From Lama guanicoe (taxonomy: Eukaryota), in contig MU055753.1 in assembly GCA_013239625.1 (NCBI GenBank), positions 2,100,702 to 2,164,701 of the forward strand: a stretch of 64,000 nucleotides of DNA, read 5' to 3'. The notes under the pieces are model-generated. The model was not told the DNA's origin. It worked only from the letters and a program-made list of their open reading frames with translations, and searched no databases. The position numbers and the translations under genes were made by a program. Positions 1-11,239 of the stretch are shown in pieces. The first letter of the stretch is position 1. The number at the start of each line of letters is the position of its first letter.

Positions 1-1273
1 CTCCCATCAGAGAGGGAGGGTATAGGAGGAGCATGTCCTGCACCCCTATCGCCTCTCCCAATCTTGGGTCAGGGTTAGCAGGTGCCAGCCAGGGGGCCCC
101 ACTTGCCAGGCCCCTCCCTACCAGCTGGGCAGGCTGCTCTCTGCCAGGGAAACTCTCCTGCATTCCTGGGCCAGCCTGGCCAGCCCAGCCGCCACCTCAC
201 TTGCCTGTCCTCAAGTCACCTCTCAGGGCCGAGCCAGGTCACCCGAGGCTGCAACTCAGCCAGGCCTCCGGGCTTCCCACTAGAGGAGGAGGGTTCCTGC
301 TGAACTCCCCAGGCCTTGCTGTCCAGCCTCCCCCTCCTGGCCTCCTGGCCCAAGGATAACAGCGTTCTTTGAGGGATGCCATCTCTGCTAGGGTGTGTAA
401 CACAGTGATTGCTCCTGATGGGTTGAGTAATCAAGGTCATTGCCAAAGAGGAAACAGCAGCCTGGATTTGGCTGTCAAACAGCTGGGACCAGAGGCCTGA
501 TCTCTGTCAGCACCATCCTCACCTCTCACCTCTGGCTGTTCCCTCCTAGAGCCTGAGGTCTCTCCCATCACCACCAGTAACTTGCTACAGGAGCATGAGG
601 GCCCTGGCCCGAAGGAGGGGCCTGACACCCATGGCTGTCTCGCCCAGCCCCTGGAAGGATACCCACACTGCAGATCCAAGGTCTCCACATGACCCCCTCC
701 TGGTCAGCACTGCTCCCATGGCTGCTCTCATCCTGATCTTTATACATTCCCTGGGCTCAAGCCCTCTGGATGTGGGCTCCTCCTTCATGGAGATCTTGGG
801 CCCATAGGAGAGATGAGATTCTACCTCCAGGACAAGCTGGGCAGAGCTCTGTGAAGGCAGATGGGAAGACAGAGAGCTCAGGAGAGGCAGCCAGGCTTCA
901 CAGATGGGTGGTGCAAGCAAGAAGGGCTGCCAGGAGGAGGAGGCATTCAGTTAGGCTTGATCTGGATTAGGACCTGTAGAATCTGGATTTGTAGACACCA
1001 GGAGTAAAGGGCCTCCAGGCACAGGGGTGTTGTGAGCAAACATTCAGAGGCTGGAAGGCCTGAGCCTTCCTAAATGAGAAGCAGGGTGCATTAGGTTGGG
1101 GTGAGGATGCCTAAAGTGGGGACTGCTGGGCAGGGTGCATATGCACTTGATCCTGGGAGCAGACAATGGATCCATCTGGGTGTATGGGAAAGAAAGAAGG
1201 CTGTGGGGAGAACCGGGACAAGGCTCTGGAAAATTCCCAGAGGGAAAGAATAAGTCTGAAAGCACATTAGTGC

Positions 1274-1307
1274 TGGTGAGGATGGTGAGGATGGTGTGGA
1301 TGGTGAG
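1274..1307. repeat. 9-bp tandem repeat (TGGTGAGGA) x~3.7
   Basis: Read directly from the sequence. Confidence 0.8.
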
Positions 1308-1470
1308 AAAGTTGGGGGCTGGGGAGTGAATGGGAGCATCATACAAGTGGAAGCATCAGGCCTTTGAAGGAGCACAGGGTCAGGTGTTATCAATCTAATT
1401 AAATGATATTATACTTATTTTAGTATAATAAATGAGGCTGGAGGGAACTGCCTTCCCAGGGGACATTTGC

Positions 1471-1580
1471 TTCTTTTTTCTTTCTTTCTTTCTTTTTGAC
1501 AGAGGTACTAGGTAGGGATTGAACCCAGGACCTCCTGCATGCTAAGCAGGAGCTCTACCATTCAGCTATACCCACCTTCC
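1471..1580 (-). mobile_element. tRNA-Ala-derived SINE (camelid vic-1 type)
   Basis: Reverse complement gggtatagctgaatggtagagc...cttagcatgcaggaggtcctgggttcaatccc with A and B boxes and an A-rich tail; TSD gacatttgc (1462-1470) / gacacttgc (1581-1589). Confidence 0.85.
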
Positions 1581-3037
1581 GACACTTGCGTTTTAAAAGG
1601 GTGCCTTGTTAACACAGATCAATGAGTGACTGTTCAGCAGTAGACTTCCCACTCCCCGTTGCCGGCCTGCACGGACACTACTCTTGCCCCCATACTTCTG
1701 TTTGGCACTTCTATTTTAAAGAGTGGCCAGTCCTGACTGTGCCTTCTCAGCCCCCTAGTGTCTACCTCCTCCTCTCGCCCCCTGCATAGCACCCCCCAAA
1801 CTGCTTCATCATCCAACCCCATCCTCAGCATTGGGGACTGCGTCCCTCAGACTGGAAGGATGGGGATCCCATAAAAATCCCCCAGGTGTTCGGGCACACC
1901 ACAGAGGCGTGGCTCAGCCTGACCTGTTCCTGCCCTCCATGGCCGCTCAGATGCCTGGGATTGGTTCCTTCTTCAGGTCAAAGAGTGAACTCACCATGAA
2001 AGGGGTTGGGGCGTAGTGGAAATGCTGAGGGTGGAGGTGGGGAGAGGCTGTCCTGAGCCCCTGCCCCAGCTCTGATCGGATCTGCCCCCAGTGAACCAGG
2101 CATAGGCAGGGCTCTCTCTACAGGCAGATATTTCTGGAGTGTTGCTGGCAGGGAGCTGAGGACTAATGGCCTGGCTGGGGTCTTCAGGCTGGGGTGGAGG
2201 ATCCATAGATACTGGGTAGCAGGCCCTGTGTCTCTGTCCAGAGACGTGGGGGTAACGGATCCAGGGGAGATGGGCCTCAGAATGGTCCCACTCCAACTCC
2301 TCTGCCAGTCCCCTCACCCAGGCAGGGGTGCCATGGCCCAGCGGGGGATCCTGGGCTCCAACTGCAAGCATCCTGGGATGTCTTGGAGAGGGGTTGGCTC
2401 TTGGGCACCTGGAATCTTGGGGAGACTGACCCAAGGCCACTGGCTGGCCTCTCTCTACTCCTCTGAGACCAGAGAGACCTGTGGAGCTGAGCTGTCATCT
2501 CATGATTAAACCTTGGAGGCTTGCTTATGCTGGAACAGACTGTGAGCAAAGGCCCCAGGGCCTATCTCTTCCTTCATCCCAGCCCCAGGCTGTTGAAGAG
2601 GGGTGAGGGAGACCCTACAGCACCAGGGCTGAAGGCTAGATTCTCCCCAGAGCTTCCAGACAAGGATGAGTGTGGGGTGTGGAGGAAAAGCCCCTGTGAG
2701 GACAAGAAGGAGCCATCCTGCCCCAAACAGGAGAATCAAGCTATGACAGGATCCCCTTGCTGGCATCTTCTAACTGGTTTCTCCTGGGGCAGGTTTATCC
2801 ATTCTTACAGATAAGCTCTGGTCCACAGGCCTGGGCCAGCAACCATTGCAGGGGGCCAGACTTGTGGGGAACTGAAAGTCCCTGGCTTCTCCTGCCAGGT
2901 ACTTCTGTGGACTTCCCTTCTAAGTCTGCAGGAGGCTGGGTGTGGAGCAGAGGAGAGTCTACTCCAAGCAGCAGTGGGAGGGGAAGAGCAGACCTTCAGC
3001 AAAGTTGGCTAATCACCTTCTTTTTTCTTGCTTTCAG

Positions 3038-3064
3038 GAACTCAGGGGACTGAGGCATTAAGTG
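3038..3064 (+). CDS. PRSS27: PRSS27 (marapsin) coding exon 2, 27-nt micro-exon (signal/pro-peptide, G-T-Q-G-T-E-A-L-S-A)
   Basis: Pyrimidine tract ttttttcttgctttcAG before 3038, GTAAGC donor at 3065; 27 nt, phase 1-1, joins in frame to ACGRPR; not in the ORF track. Confidence 0.8.
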
Positions 3065-3494
3065 GTAAGCATCTAAGGCCCTTGGGTTGAGGGAACAGGA
3101 GTGGGCTTGTCTGAGAGCTGCAAGACTGGCCAGGAACCCCCACCCCTGGAACGAGACCCAGAATGAATGGGCAGGGCACAGGGAATCCCACAGTGCAGAC
3201 AAGTTGTGGTTCAGTGGAACTGGAGCCCAGGGAGAAGTGGAGGAGAAAGGTCTGATACACAGTGCAGATGGCAAAAGAAGGCCACTGAGGCATGAAGCAT
3301 GGAGAAAGGGGGGCAGGAAAGGTGACAGGACAGCTAAGGATAGAACTGGAGGACCATTCTGCTATAACAGACCCCCTTGGGGTCACCTACCCCATGTGGG
3401 ACTCTCCCAACACCCACTGAACTTCCAGGAGCCCACCTGGCCCTGAGATAAGACCCTTACCTGTGTTATCTCACCACCCCCTCACCCCATGACC

Positions 3495-3570
3495 GGAGGT
3501 GTAGGTCTGATGTCACCATTTCACAGATGAAGGGTGTGAGGCCCACGGGGTGGGGGACTTCCCCACAGCT
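3495..3570 (+). mobile_element. MIR SINE fragment
   Basis: ccatttcacagatgaagg..tgaggccca core motif. Confidence 0.55.
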
Positions 3571-3679
3571 GGGAATGGTCTGCCTGTGTCAGAGGCTGAC
3601 TCGTTGCAGAGTCTTTTGACTTGCCTAAGGTCACCGAGCAGGTCAGGGGCAGGGAGGCTGGGAATTGGGCAGAAAGTAA

Positions 3680-3928
<249 letters not shown>

Positions 3929-4037
3929 TAAGTCTGCTGAGACCCCACGCTCCCCCTCCCCACCCAACGCCAGCCTCACCGGCCTTTCTCTCTACTGGGG
4001 CGCAGACCCTGTACATGGTAACCCACGAACGCTCGGC

Positions 4038-4058
4038 TTCAGCACCGCGGACAGCGCC
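4038..4058 (+). promoter_or_regulatory. RE1/NRSE (REST binding site) with an abutting CACGTG E-box, in PRSS27 intron 3
   Basis: TTCAGCACCGCGGACAGCGCC, 20/21 match to the RE1 consensus TTCAGCACCACGGACAGCGCC, in a locally CpG-rich patch. Confidence 0.85.
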
Positions 4059-4589
4059 ACGTGTGGCGGGGCGCGGGCGCTCGGGCTGAACACCTACCCG
4101 CTGGGGAGGCTGTCCAGCACTGACCGGCCTTCCCAGACAGAGCTCCCTTTAGGTCCAACCACGGAGCCAGCTTCTGGCAGTAATCGTTGCTTCCCAGCCT
4201 TTGCCCCTCTCAGCCGAGCTGGGAGGGGTCCATTCCCCAGCTGCTGGCCTCACAAGTGAGGTGCTTTGTCAGGCCTGGGGTCCCATCCCTGCAAACGCTG
4301 GCAGGCTCCTTCCGCACCCTGGCCTTCTTCCCTGTCCCCTCTCCCAGACTTCAAATCCAGGACACTCCCTTTCTGGCTGGGACTCTGGTTACAAATGGAC
4401 TGGAGCAGAATGTCCCTTCCTCCTCCTCATCCTAAGGTCACCTATACCATCCCTATCCAAAGAGCCAAGCCACCCAATCCCTGCTATCATACCGTGACCC
4501 ACCTGGCCCAGACCTATAGGGTTTCCCAGGCATCTCAGCTTCTCTCACCATAGCTCTGCAATTCTTTTAAAACTTCACATCTTAAATTC

Positions 4590-4810
4590 AGAAATGTGGG
4601 CTCAGAGGGAGTAGGTCACTTGCCTAAGGCTGGGTCCAACCCCCAGCTGCACACCCATGGGTGGTCATCTCCAACTCTCACAGCAAACCTTTCAGGTAGG
4701 GATTGTTCCTGTCCCCATTTTACAGACAAGAAAACTGAGTCACAGAGAACTTGCTTGGTGACTTGCCCCAGGTTGCCAAGCTGGCCAGGGTGGAGTTGGG
4801 AACTAAAGCT
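4590..4810 (+). mobile_element. MIR SINE fragments
   Basis: ccccattttacagacaagaaaactgagtcacagaga..gtgacttgcccc core, plus ggctcagaggg..cacttgcctaagg. Confidence 0.75.
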
Positions 4811-5012
4811 GCTTCAGCTTCTACACCCTCAACCACCTCATCCTGATGTTTGTCCCCCTGGAGATTACTTTTTTGATGATAATGTGCAAAGAGAGATTAG
4901 GCACTGGGGTGGGCTGGGAGAGAGCCCAACTCCTAGTTCCCTTCTCCATTAAACTTCCCCTTGTTAAGCCCTAGTGGGGCTGCCTCACACCAGGTCTCTG
5001 CTCTCCTACCAG

Positions 5013-5284
5013 CACCTCTGAAACATTGCTGTACCAGGTCCTGCTGGGGGCGCGGCAACTGGTGAAGCCGGGGCCACATGCCATGTACGCTGGGGTGAAG
5101 CGAGTGGAGAGCAACCCCCTGTACCAGGGCATGGCCTCTAGTGCCGATGTGGCCCTGGTGGAGCTGGAGGCGCCCGTGACCTTCACCGATTATATCCTCC
5201 CTGTGTGTGTTCCTGACCCATCGGTCATCTTTGAGACAGGCATGAACTGCTGGGTCACCGGCTGGGGCAGCCCCAGTGAACAAG
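5013..5284 (+). CDS. PRSS27: PRSS27 exon 4: catalytic Asp (SSADVAL), CWVTGWG
   Basis: ctaccAG acceptor, G|GTAATG donor, 272 nt, in phase with neighbouring exons. Confidence 0.97.
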
Positions 5285-5658
5285 GTAATGGACATGGCCA
5301 GGAGAGAATGGGGGACAGGCCTAGAGAAAGCAGCTTGGGGGCCAATCTGAACCAACAATCTTTTTCTGTTAATATTGGTACACATGATTTCTACACAAGT
5401 GGGTGGAGTAAGTATGGAAAGGGGCCACAGGCTCAGGAGGAGGAGCCATGGGGAAGTGGAGAAAGGGGAACAAAGAGCCTAGCCTCGTAGATGGAGGGAG
5501 GGAAGAAGCAATTCTGTTCCACAAAGCTGAGGGCCAGAAGAGGTCTAAACCCAAGCAAGAAATGGGGAGGGACAGAGCTATGGTCCTTGAGAACCCAGAG
5601 TCATGGGGTCCTCAGTAAGACTATCCATTGAGCTGCAGGCTGTGTCACCCCTCCCCAG

Positions 5659-5828
5659 AGCGCCTACCCAACCCACGGATCCTGCAGAAACTTGCAGTGC
5701 CCATCATTGACACGCCCAAGTGCAACCTGCTCTACAGCAAAGACGCCGAGTCCGGCTTCCAGCCAAAAACCATCAAGGAGGACATGCTGTGTGCAGGCTT
5801 CGCCGAGGGCAAGAAGGACGCCTGCAAG
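5659..5828 (+). CDS. PRSS27: PRSS27 exon 5: LQKLAVPII...DMLCAG...KKDACK (S1-pocket Asp, trypsin-like)
   Basis: ccccAG acceptor, AAG|GTAGGG donor, 170 nt. Confidence 0.97.
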
Positions 5829-6191
5829 GTAGGGATTAGCGTGGGCTATGCAGGGGCTGAGGCCTGCTCCCAAGGCCTGGGTCAGGGTGGAAGCCAGTCT
5901 ACCTGGGACAAGGCACGAGGCCCCTGTTGGAGGGCCCTCCCAGGGGAGTCAATCAGTAGGTCTGCAGTGGGGCTGAGGAAACTGCTCTTTCAGCTTGTTC
6001 CTCTGAGGTGAATCAGGGTGGGAGCTGGGGATGCTAGAGAAATTGGCACCCCAGGCCAGAGAGGAAGGACCAGAGGGGAGTAGGGGGGTGTCCTAGCCAC
6101 GGGGAGGAAAACGGGCCTGTGGGTACCTGTGTACCACATAGGCTGGCTCTTGGGCCTCTATGAGCTTTGACTGTGCCTGTTTCACCCACAG

Positions 6192-6485
6192 GGAGACTCA
6201 GGGGGCCCCCTGGTGTGCCTTGTGGGCCAGTCGTGGATGCAGGCTGGGGTGATCAGCTGGGGCGAGGGCTGCGCCCGCCGGAACCGCCCAGGCGTCTACA
6301 TCCGGGTCACCTCTCACCATAATTGGATCCATCGCATCATTCCCAAACTGCAGTTCCAGCGGGCTAGGTCAGGTGGCCAGAAGCGGGGCTTCCGGGGCCA
6401 TCAGCTCCCCAGTAGGAACTTAGCGCCCTGCCTGGCAGCCCATGCCATCCTCCTGGTCCTCATTGCCCCGCTCACCTTCCTCTGA
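6192..6485 (+). CDS. PRSS27: PRSS27 last exon: GDSGGP catalytic Ser, SWGEGC, hydrophobic C-terminal tail, TGA
   Basis: cacAG acceptor; GGAGACTCAGGGGGCCCC; stop at 6483-6485. Confidence 0.97.
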   Translation, partial: GDSGGPLVCLVGQSWMQAGVISWGEGCARRNRPGVYIRVTSHHNWIHRIIPKLQFQRARSGGQKRGFRGHQLPSRNLAPCLAAHAILLVLIAPLTFL

Positions 6486-6602
6486 ACCTCACTGAGGCCG
6501 GTGGCGCAGTGGAGCCCCGGGGCCCAGGGTGTACATTTGTAAATAGCTCCCCAATTCTCCCTTCTCTCAAGTGCTCACTTTTTAAATTTATGTTCATGAG
6601 CC

Positions 6603-6608
6603 AATAAA
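6603..6608 (+). terminator. PRSS27: PRSS27 poly(A) signal
   Basis: First AATAAA, ~120 nt after the stop, preceded by a U-rich stretch. Confidence 0.75.
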
Positions 6609-8249
6609 AACCCAACCTCAGTGCTGGCTCCCTGAGCATGGACTCTCAGGTGAAGGAGTCGGGGTGGAGAGGTGCTGGATGTGATGGTGCCGGAGGGGAT
6701 GGCGCTGAGGAGCTGTGAGTTGGGGGGTCAATGTTGGGTGGGAAATTAGAGGGCAAGGCTCCCCAGTGGAAGGGAACTACAGTAGGCACGCTGGAGGCTG
6801 GACATCACTGAGTCTAGGGCCTCCTTGTCTCCTGTGACATCTGTCACCAGACCCCCTCACAGGTGGCTTCCCTGCTCCCACCCCTGCCTCAGTGTCCTTG
6901 CCAACGTGGTCCTCACCACAAGTGTTGCCAAGGGGTGCCCTGTGTTGGGCACTGGGGGCAGTGACAGACACTAGTAGGGGCCCTGGGGGAGGGTCCAGGA
7001 GGGCCCTGCGGAGTGTTGGGGATCACAGCCCCCACTGCTTGTGTCTGAATCACCCCAAAACTTCTCTTGGTGATGCACTGCTCCTGCAGGGGCTGCTCCT
7101 GGTGCCCAAGGGCCCCCTTTACCCACCTCTTCTTTTCCTCTACCCACTCCCTCGGCCTCAACCTCCGTCAGTGAAAGCAAAGCTGCAGTGGGTAGGGAGA
7201 GGCTGGAGTTGGGGTCCACATCTTCTGGGAGACTTTGGACAAGTCACAGCCCCTTCTGAGCCCGTTTCTCTCCTGCCACCCAGGACAGCGCCCCCACCTG
7301 CCTCTCGGGTGACGAGGTGGATGGAGAACTTGCCTAAGGCTATGTCAGTCTCCTGTGCCTGCCCACCTCCTTCCTAGGCTCCAGCCGCCTGGGGACAGCT
7401 CTGCCAGGGATATGCAGACCCAACACCCCAGAGGCTAGACCTCCCCAGACCTCAGGGATGCAGGGGCCTGTGTGACCTACATCAAGTTCACACACAGCAG
7501 TCAGAGCTGTGATGCTGTCACACAGAGGAGCCAAGGCCCAGGTCACGCGGGGCCATGGAGGTCAGCAGGAAAGGTCCCTCCGGGACAGGCAGAGGTTTCA
7601 GCAGCTACCTGAGCCAGGACCCCTTCCTTCCTCCTTCCGCAATGTTTGAAGCTGAGGCCAGACTTGCTGGAGTCTTTAATGGTTTCTGCGAGGATCCCTG
7701 GGAATTCAGAAACAAGCTAGAATCCTGCACAGACAGCCTTGTGCTCAGCCCCTGCCCAGTGTCCCCACCCCCTTGTCCCTCATCCTGTCATCACCCCACA
7801 CAATCCCTTCCTAGTCCACCCAGTTTCAGCCTGTGGCCACCAGGAATCCAGCAGGAACAGGTCTCGAAGCTCAGGCCCCCGGCTCACTCCGGCCCTGCCT
7901 GTCAAGGCCCTGATGGTGCAGCTGCCCACGCAGGCAGCCCTGGGTTCTCAGTCTGGCCCAAGTGCGTCCACAGCAGGCCTTCTGTAGCCAGACGATCGAC
8001 TCCCCCATGTGGGCGGACTGCTGAAAGGCAGCAGGCTTCCGCTGTGCTCAGCAACCTTGAACGGGAAAGAGTCCTAGGGGGACAGGGCCTTGGACACTAC
8101 ACACACACACCCATGCCCACAGGCTAGTGCACACCACATGCATACGCATGCAGATGGACCCACCAGTGCACACATGCCTATGCACACCCAGGCACAGAGA
8201 AGCACACGCACGTAAGAGAGCACACACACGGACCCATACTCTCCCAGCT

Positions 8250-8345
8250 GGATATTAATGGAGCAAATCAATAAGCACTGAGCAGGCACCTGCTGTGGCC
8301 CAGTCCCGGGGAGAGGAGGAAACACACACTGAATTCCCCTCTGCT
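8250..8345. mobile_element. L2 LINE 3'-end fragment, after a CA-rich low-complexity tract (8098-8230)
   Basis: caataagcactgagcaggcacctgctgtggccca resembles the L2 terminus. Confidence 0.45.
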
Positions 8346-11239
8346 CTACTTTGCCTGGGCATGTTCCCGAGGGCAGGAAGGAGTGCTTGGTGGCCCTCTG
8401 GGGACTGGGTCCTCTGTGAGCAACTTCTCCAGAGCAGAATGGGCTCCAAGTTCTAGGGGAGGAGGCAGTGCAGGGAAGGGAGGAAGAGGTACAGGGCAGC
8501 AGGTGCACTGAGGCCTGATGGGGGAACAATTCCGTTGTGGGTGTCCTGAGGGTGGCTCCAGGGACAAGTTCTCGGTCATTCTGGCTGGAATCAAGGGGCT
8601 GGCCTGGGTCCTGCAGCCCTGGAGAGAGGCTAGCCCCCTGTGGGGAGAAGAAAAAGCTTCAGGTCCTACAGAGGTGGGCATCAGGGGAGGTTAGACAGAC
8701 CCTCTGCCACCTTGGTGGTGAGAGGCCAGGATGGAGATGGGGTGAGGACCAGGCTCCTCTTAGAGGAGGACCTGCCACCCCATCTGCCTCCTCTTGCCTG
8801 CTGTCCTAACTTTCCAGGTGCCCTGGTATCCCCCATCACCCCACTCATTCTCTTCCCTCTGCTACAGGAGTCTGGTTAGGGTTCCGCGGGGCTAACAGGG
8901 AGGAGAGGCACAGATGTCAGGGCTGCCCAGCACCCCCATTAACGCTCCACCCAGCCGGGCTGGGAGGGTGTCTGAGGCCCTGGGTGGGTCCCAGGTGGTG
9001 GCAAGCATATGATTCTAGGGCACAGGTCCTCCACCACCTGGGTTCCCCAAACACTAGCCCCACCCAGGCCCAAGTGGGAGGGGAAGGGACAACACTCTTG
9101 CAGAATCTAGGGTTTCAATGGGAAGCAGGTTTATGCAGGCCATTCACAGTTCACAGTAAGCTCAGTGTTGTGCCCCCAGCTGTTGCAGGTCCCCTCTCCC
9201 ACCTGGGTAGGGGTGCCAGGCAGGCAAGACTTTCCATGCTGCCACCAAGCAGCAGCTCAGAGCCACCGCCTGGTGAGTGGGCAGCAGTGACAGGGCCCCG
9301 GCAGCTGCAGCAACAACACTTCAGAGCACAGGCTGGCCCAGTCTGGGAGACTGTCTGCCAGCCTGCTGGGGGCAGAGGGGAGCAGGCACAGCCCAGGGCT
9401 GGGTCCACCTCGCAGCAACCACAGCAGCCTGCAGGTGAAGCAAGAGGAGGGGGCCACAACCAAGCCTGGAAATCCACACACGTGCACACACACCACATAC
9501 CATACGCTCATGGACATGATGAGCCCGTGGGGCCCCAAGGAGGAAAACTGCTGGGCCAGGACCCCTGAATCCTTCTGGCCTCAAGGATTAGGGGTGAGCC
9601 ATGGCCCTGAGGTCACAGGACTGGCTCTGTACCCTGAGCTGAGCTCCAGATCCTGGAGCATCTGTGCAGGGGACTGGAGGCCTCATGCTACCTCCTGGAG
9701 CTCAGGTGCTCAGAAGGCGGGGCAGGCAGAGGTGCAAATCACCAGACACCCCCCTAAATGCAGAGGTTGGGCAATGGCATTCAGATTTGCGATATTTCTC
9801 AGGGAACCACTGCTCGGTCCAAAGGTGCCAGAGTGGAGCTGCCTCTGCTCATGAATGCCGGCCACGCAGGCCCTGAGGCACCGGGGCTCAGCACACACAG
9901 GCTCTGCAGGACGGACAAATGGCTGCACTGCAGGCTCAGCCCTTCACTGCCTCAGCCGGACTCAGTGACCGATGGGCAGTGGGGCACCAGCCAGCCCCTA
10001 CCGCCAGCTCCAGGATAGAAGAAGCACCTGCTGGGTGGACACAAGGAAATGCAAGGGAGGGGAGGGGCAAGGCAAGGGGAGTAAAGGAGATGCCTGGCCC
10101 TGGAAGGTTCCGGGCACAGGCTCTGCAGGAGGCCCAGCAGCTGGGGACCCACCCAGGGAGTCTACACACTCCAAGCGCCCACCTCCCTCTTCTGTCCTGC
10201 CCACTGGCTTCCTGGAGCTACAGGGCTGGCGACACTGAGGCTTCCAGAAGTGCTGTGCCCCAGGTCCCTCCCCATGCCCTCCTACACCGGGTATGCTGGG
10301 CCTGGAGCATGGGGTCCAAGGGGCAGGCTCTGTCCCAACCCTGAGGACCCAGCAAAAGGGCCTTGGACCTCAGGACCCAGGCTGGATGGCTGTCTCCTCT
10401 CCAGTCCTTTGCTCGGTCAGCAGTCAAGCCCCGACCTCAGCTGGGACACCCGAGATGCTCTGGGGCCTCTCCCTAGCAGAGCGGCCTGGAAGCAAGTCCA
10501 GGTTTGCTGTTGGCCTCAAGGACCTGAAGATGCCAAGTTTAGTCTGTTCAGAAAGCAAGCTCCTTGGAGAATTTGAAGTCCCTCCCCATGTGCCCCAAAC
10601 TATACAGTGAACACCCCAGAGGCCCCTCCTCCCTGGCCCCAGCAGAAGGGTTCCCACCCCCAAGCCTGGGCAGTCAGACTGGCCCTGGAAACAGGATGGA
10701 CACTCCCCAAAAGCTGGGAGTTTGGGTAGCAGGAGACACCAGCATCTTGGGGTCAAAGACACCTTAGCCAACCTCAGGGAGCCAGCGCTCTCCCAGTAAA
10801 CACAGGAATGGGGATTCCCATAATGCCTGGTCATCCTGGAAGCTTTTGAAGAGCAGCCACCAGGGGGAGCCAGAGAGGCCATGGTGGAGCAGGGTGGACA
10901 AGGAATTTCAAAGAAATTTCCCTGAAGCTGGTGCTTCTGGCCAGAGAAGAGACAGGACAGGTGCACACACTTAATTCCATGGGCATCATTAATTTTTAAA
11001 AAAGCACTTGAAGATGATTTCCTTGTCCCCAGGGATGGGGGCATGATACCAGCAAGAGAGGTGAGGTGGCTGGGGCCAGGGGCCCGAGGGGGAAGATGGG
11101 AGTGTGTTGCTCTAATCTGCCAGCCCCAGGCTGGACAGTGGGTGTACGGGCGGACAGCCCGGGGCTGCCACGAGCCCAAGGCAGTGCTTCTGCGGCTGCA
11201 GCTCTTCCACGCATTTTCAGACACTAACAGTTATTATGC

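Noticed and set aside
30-39. p53/p63 element GAGCATGTCC (also GGGCATGTTC near 8357)
   Set aside because: Isolated half-sites without a matching second half
1500-1580. tRNA-Ala gene
   Set aside because: Imperfect acceptor stem, A-rich tail and TSD indicate a SINE
1-3037. PRSS27 exon 1 (signal peptide)
   Set aside because: No ATG plus Leu-rich stretch plus phase-1 donor found; it most likely lies upstream of the window
9151-9498. Cys-rich ORF (CCGCC, KCCCCSC) resembling metallothionein or keratin-associated proteins
   Set aside because: Non-ATG start, arises from CAG/CTG-rich GC sequence, no regular Cys spacing and no promoter or poly(A) support
10424-11224. 266-aa ORF downstream of KCTD5
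   Set aside because: No recognisable domain, non-ATG start; such lengths are expected by chance in GC-rich DNA
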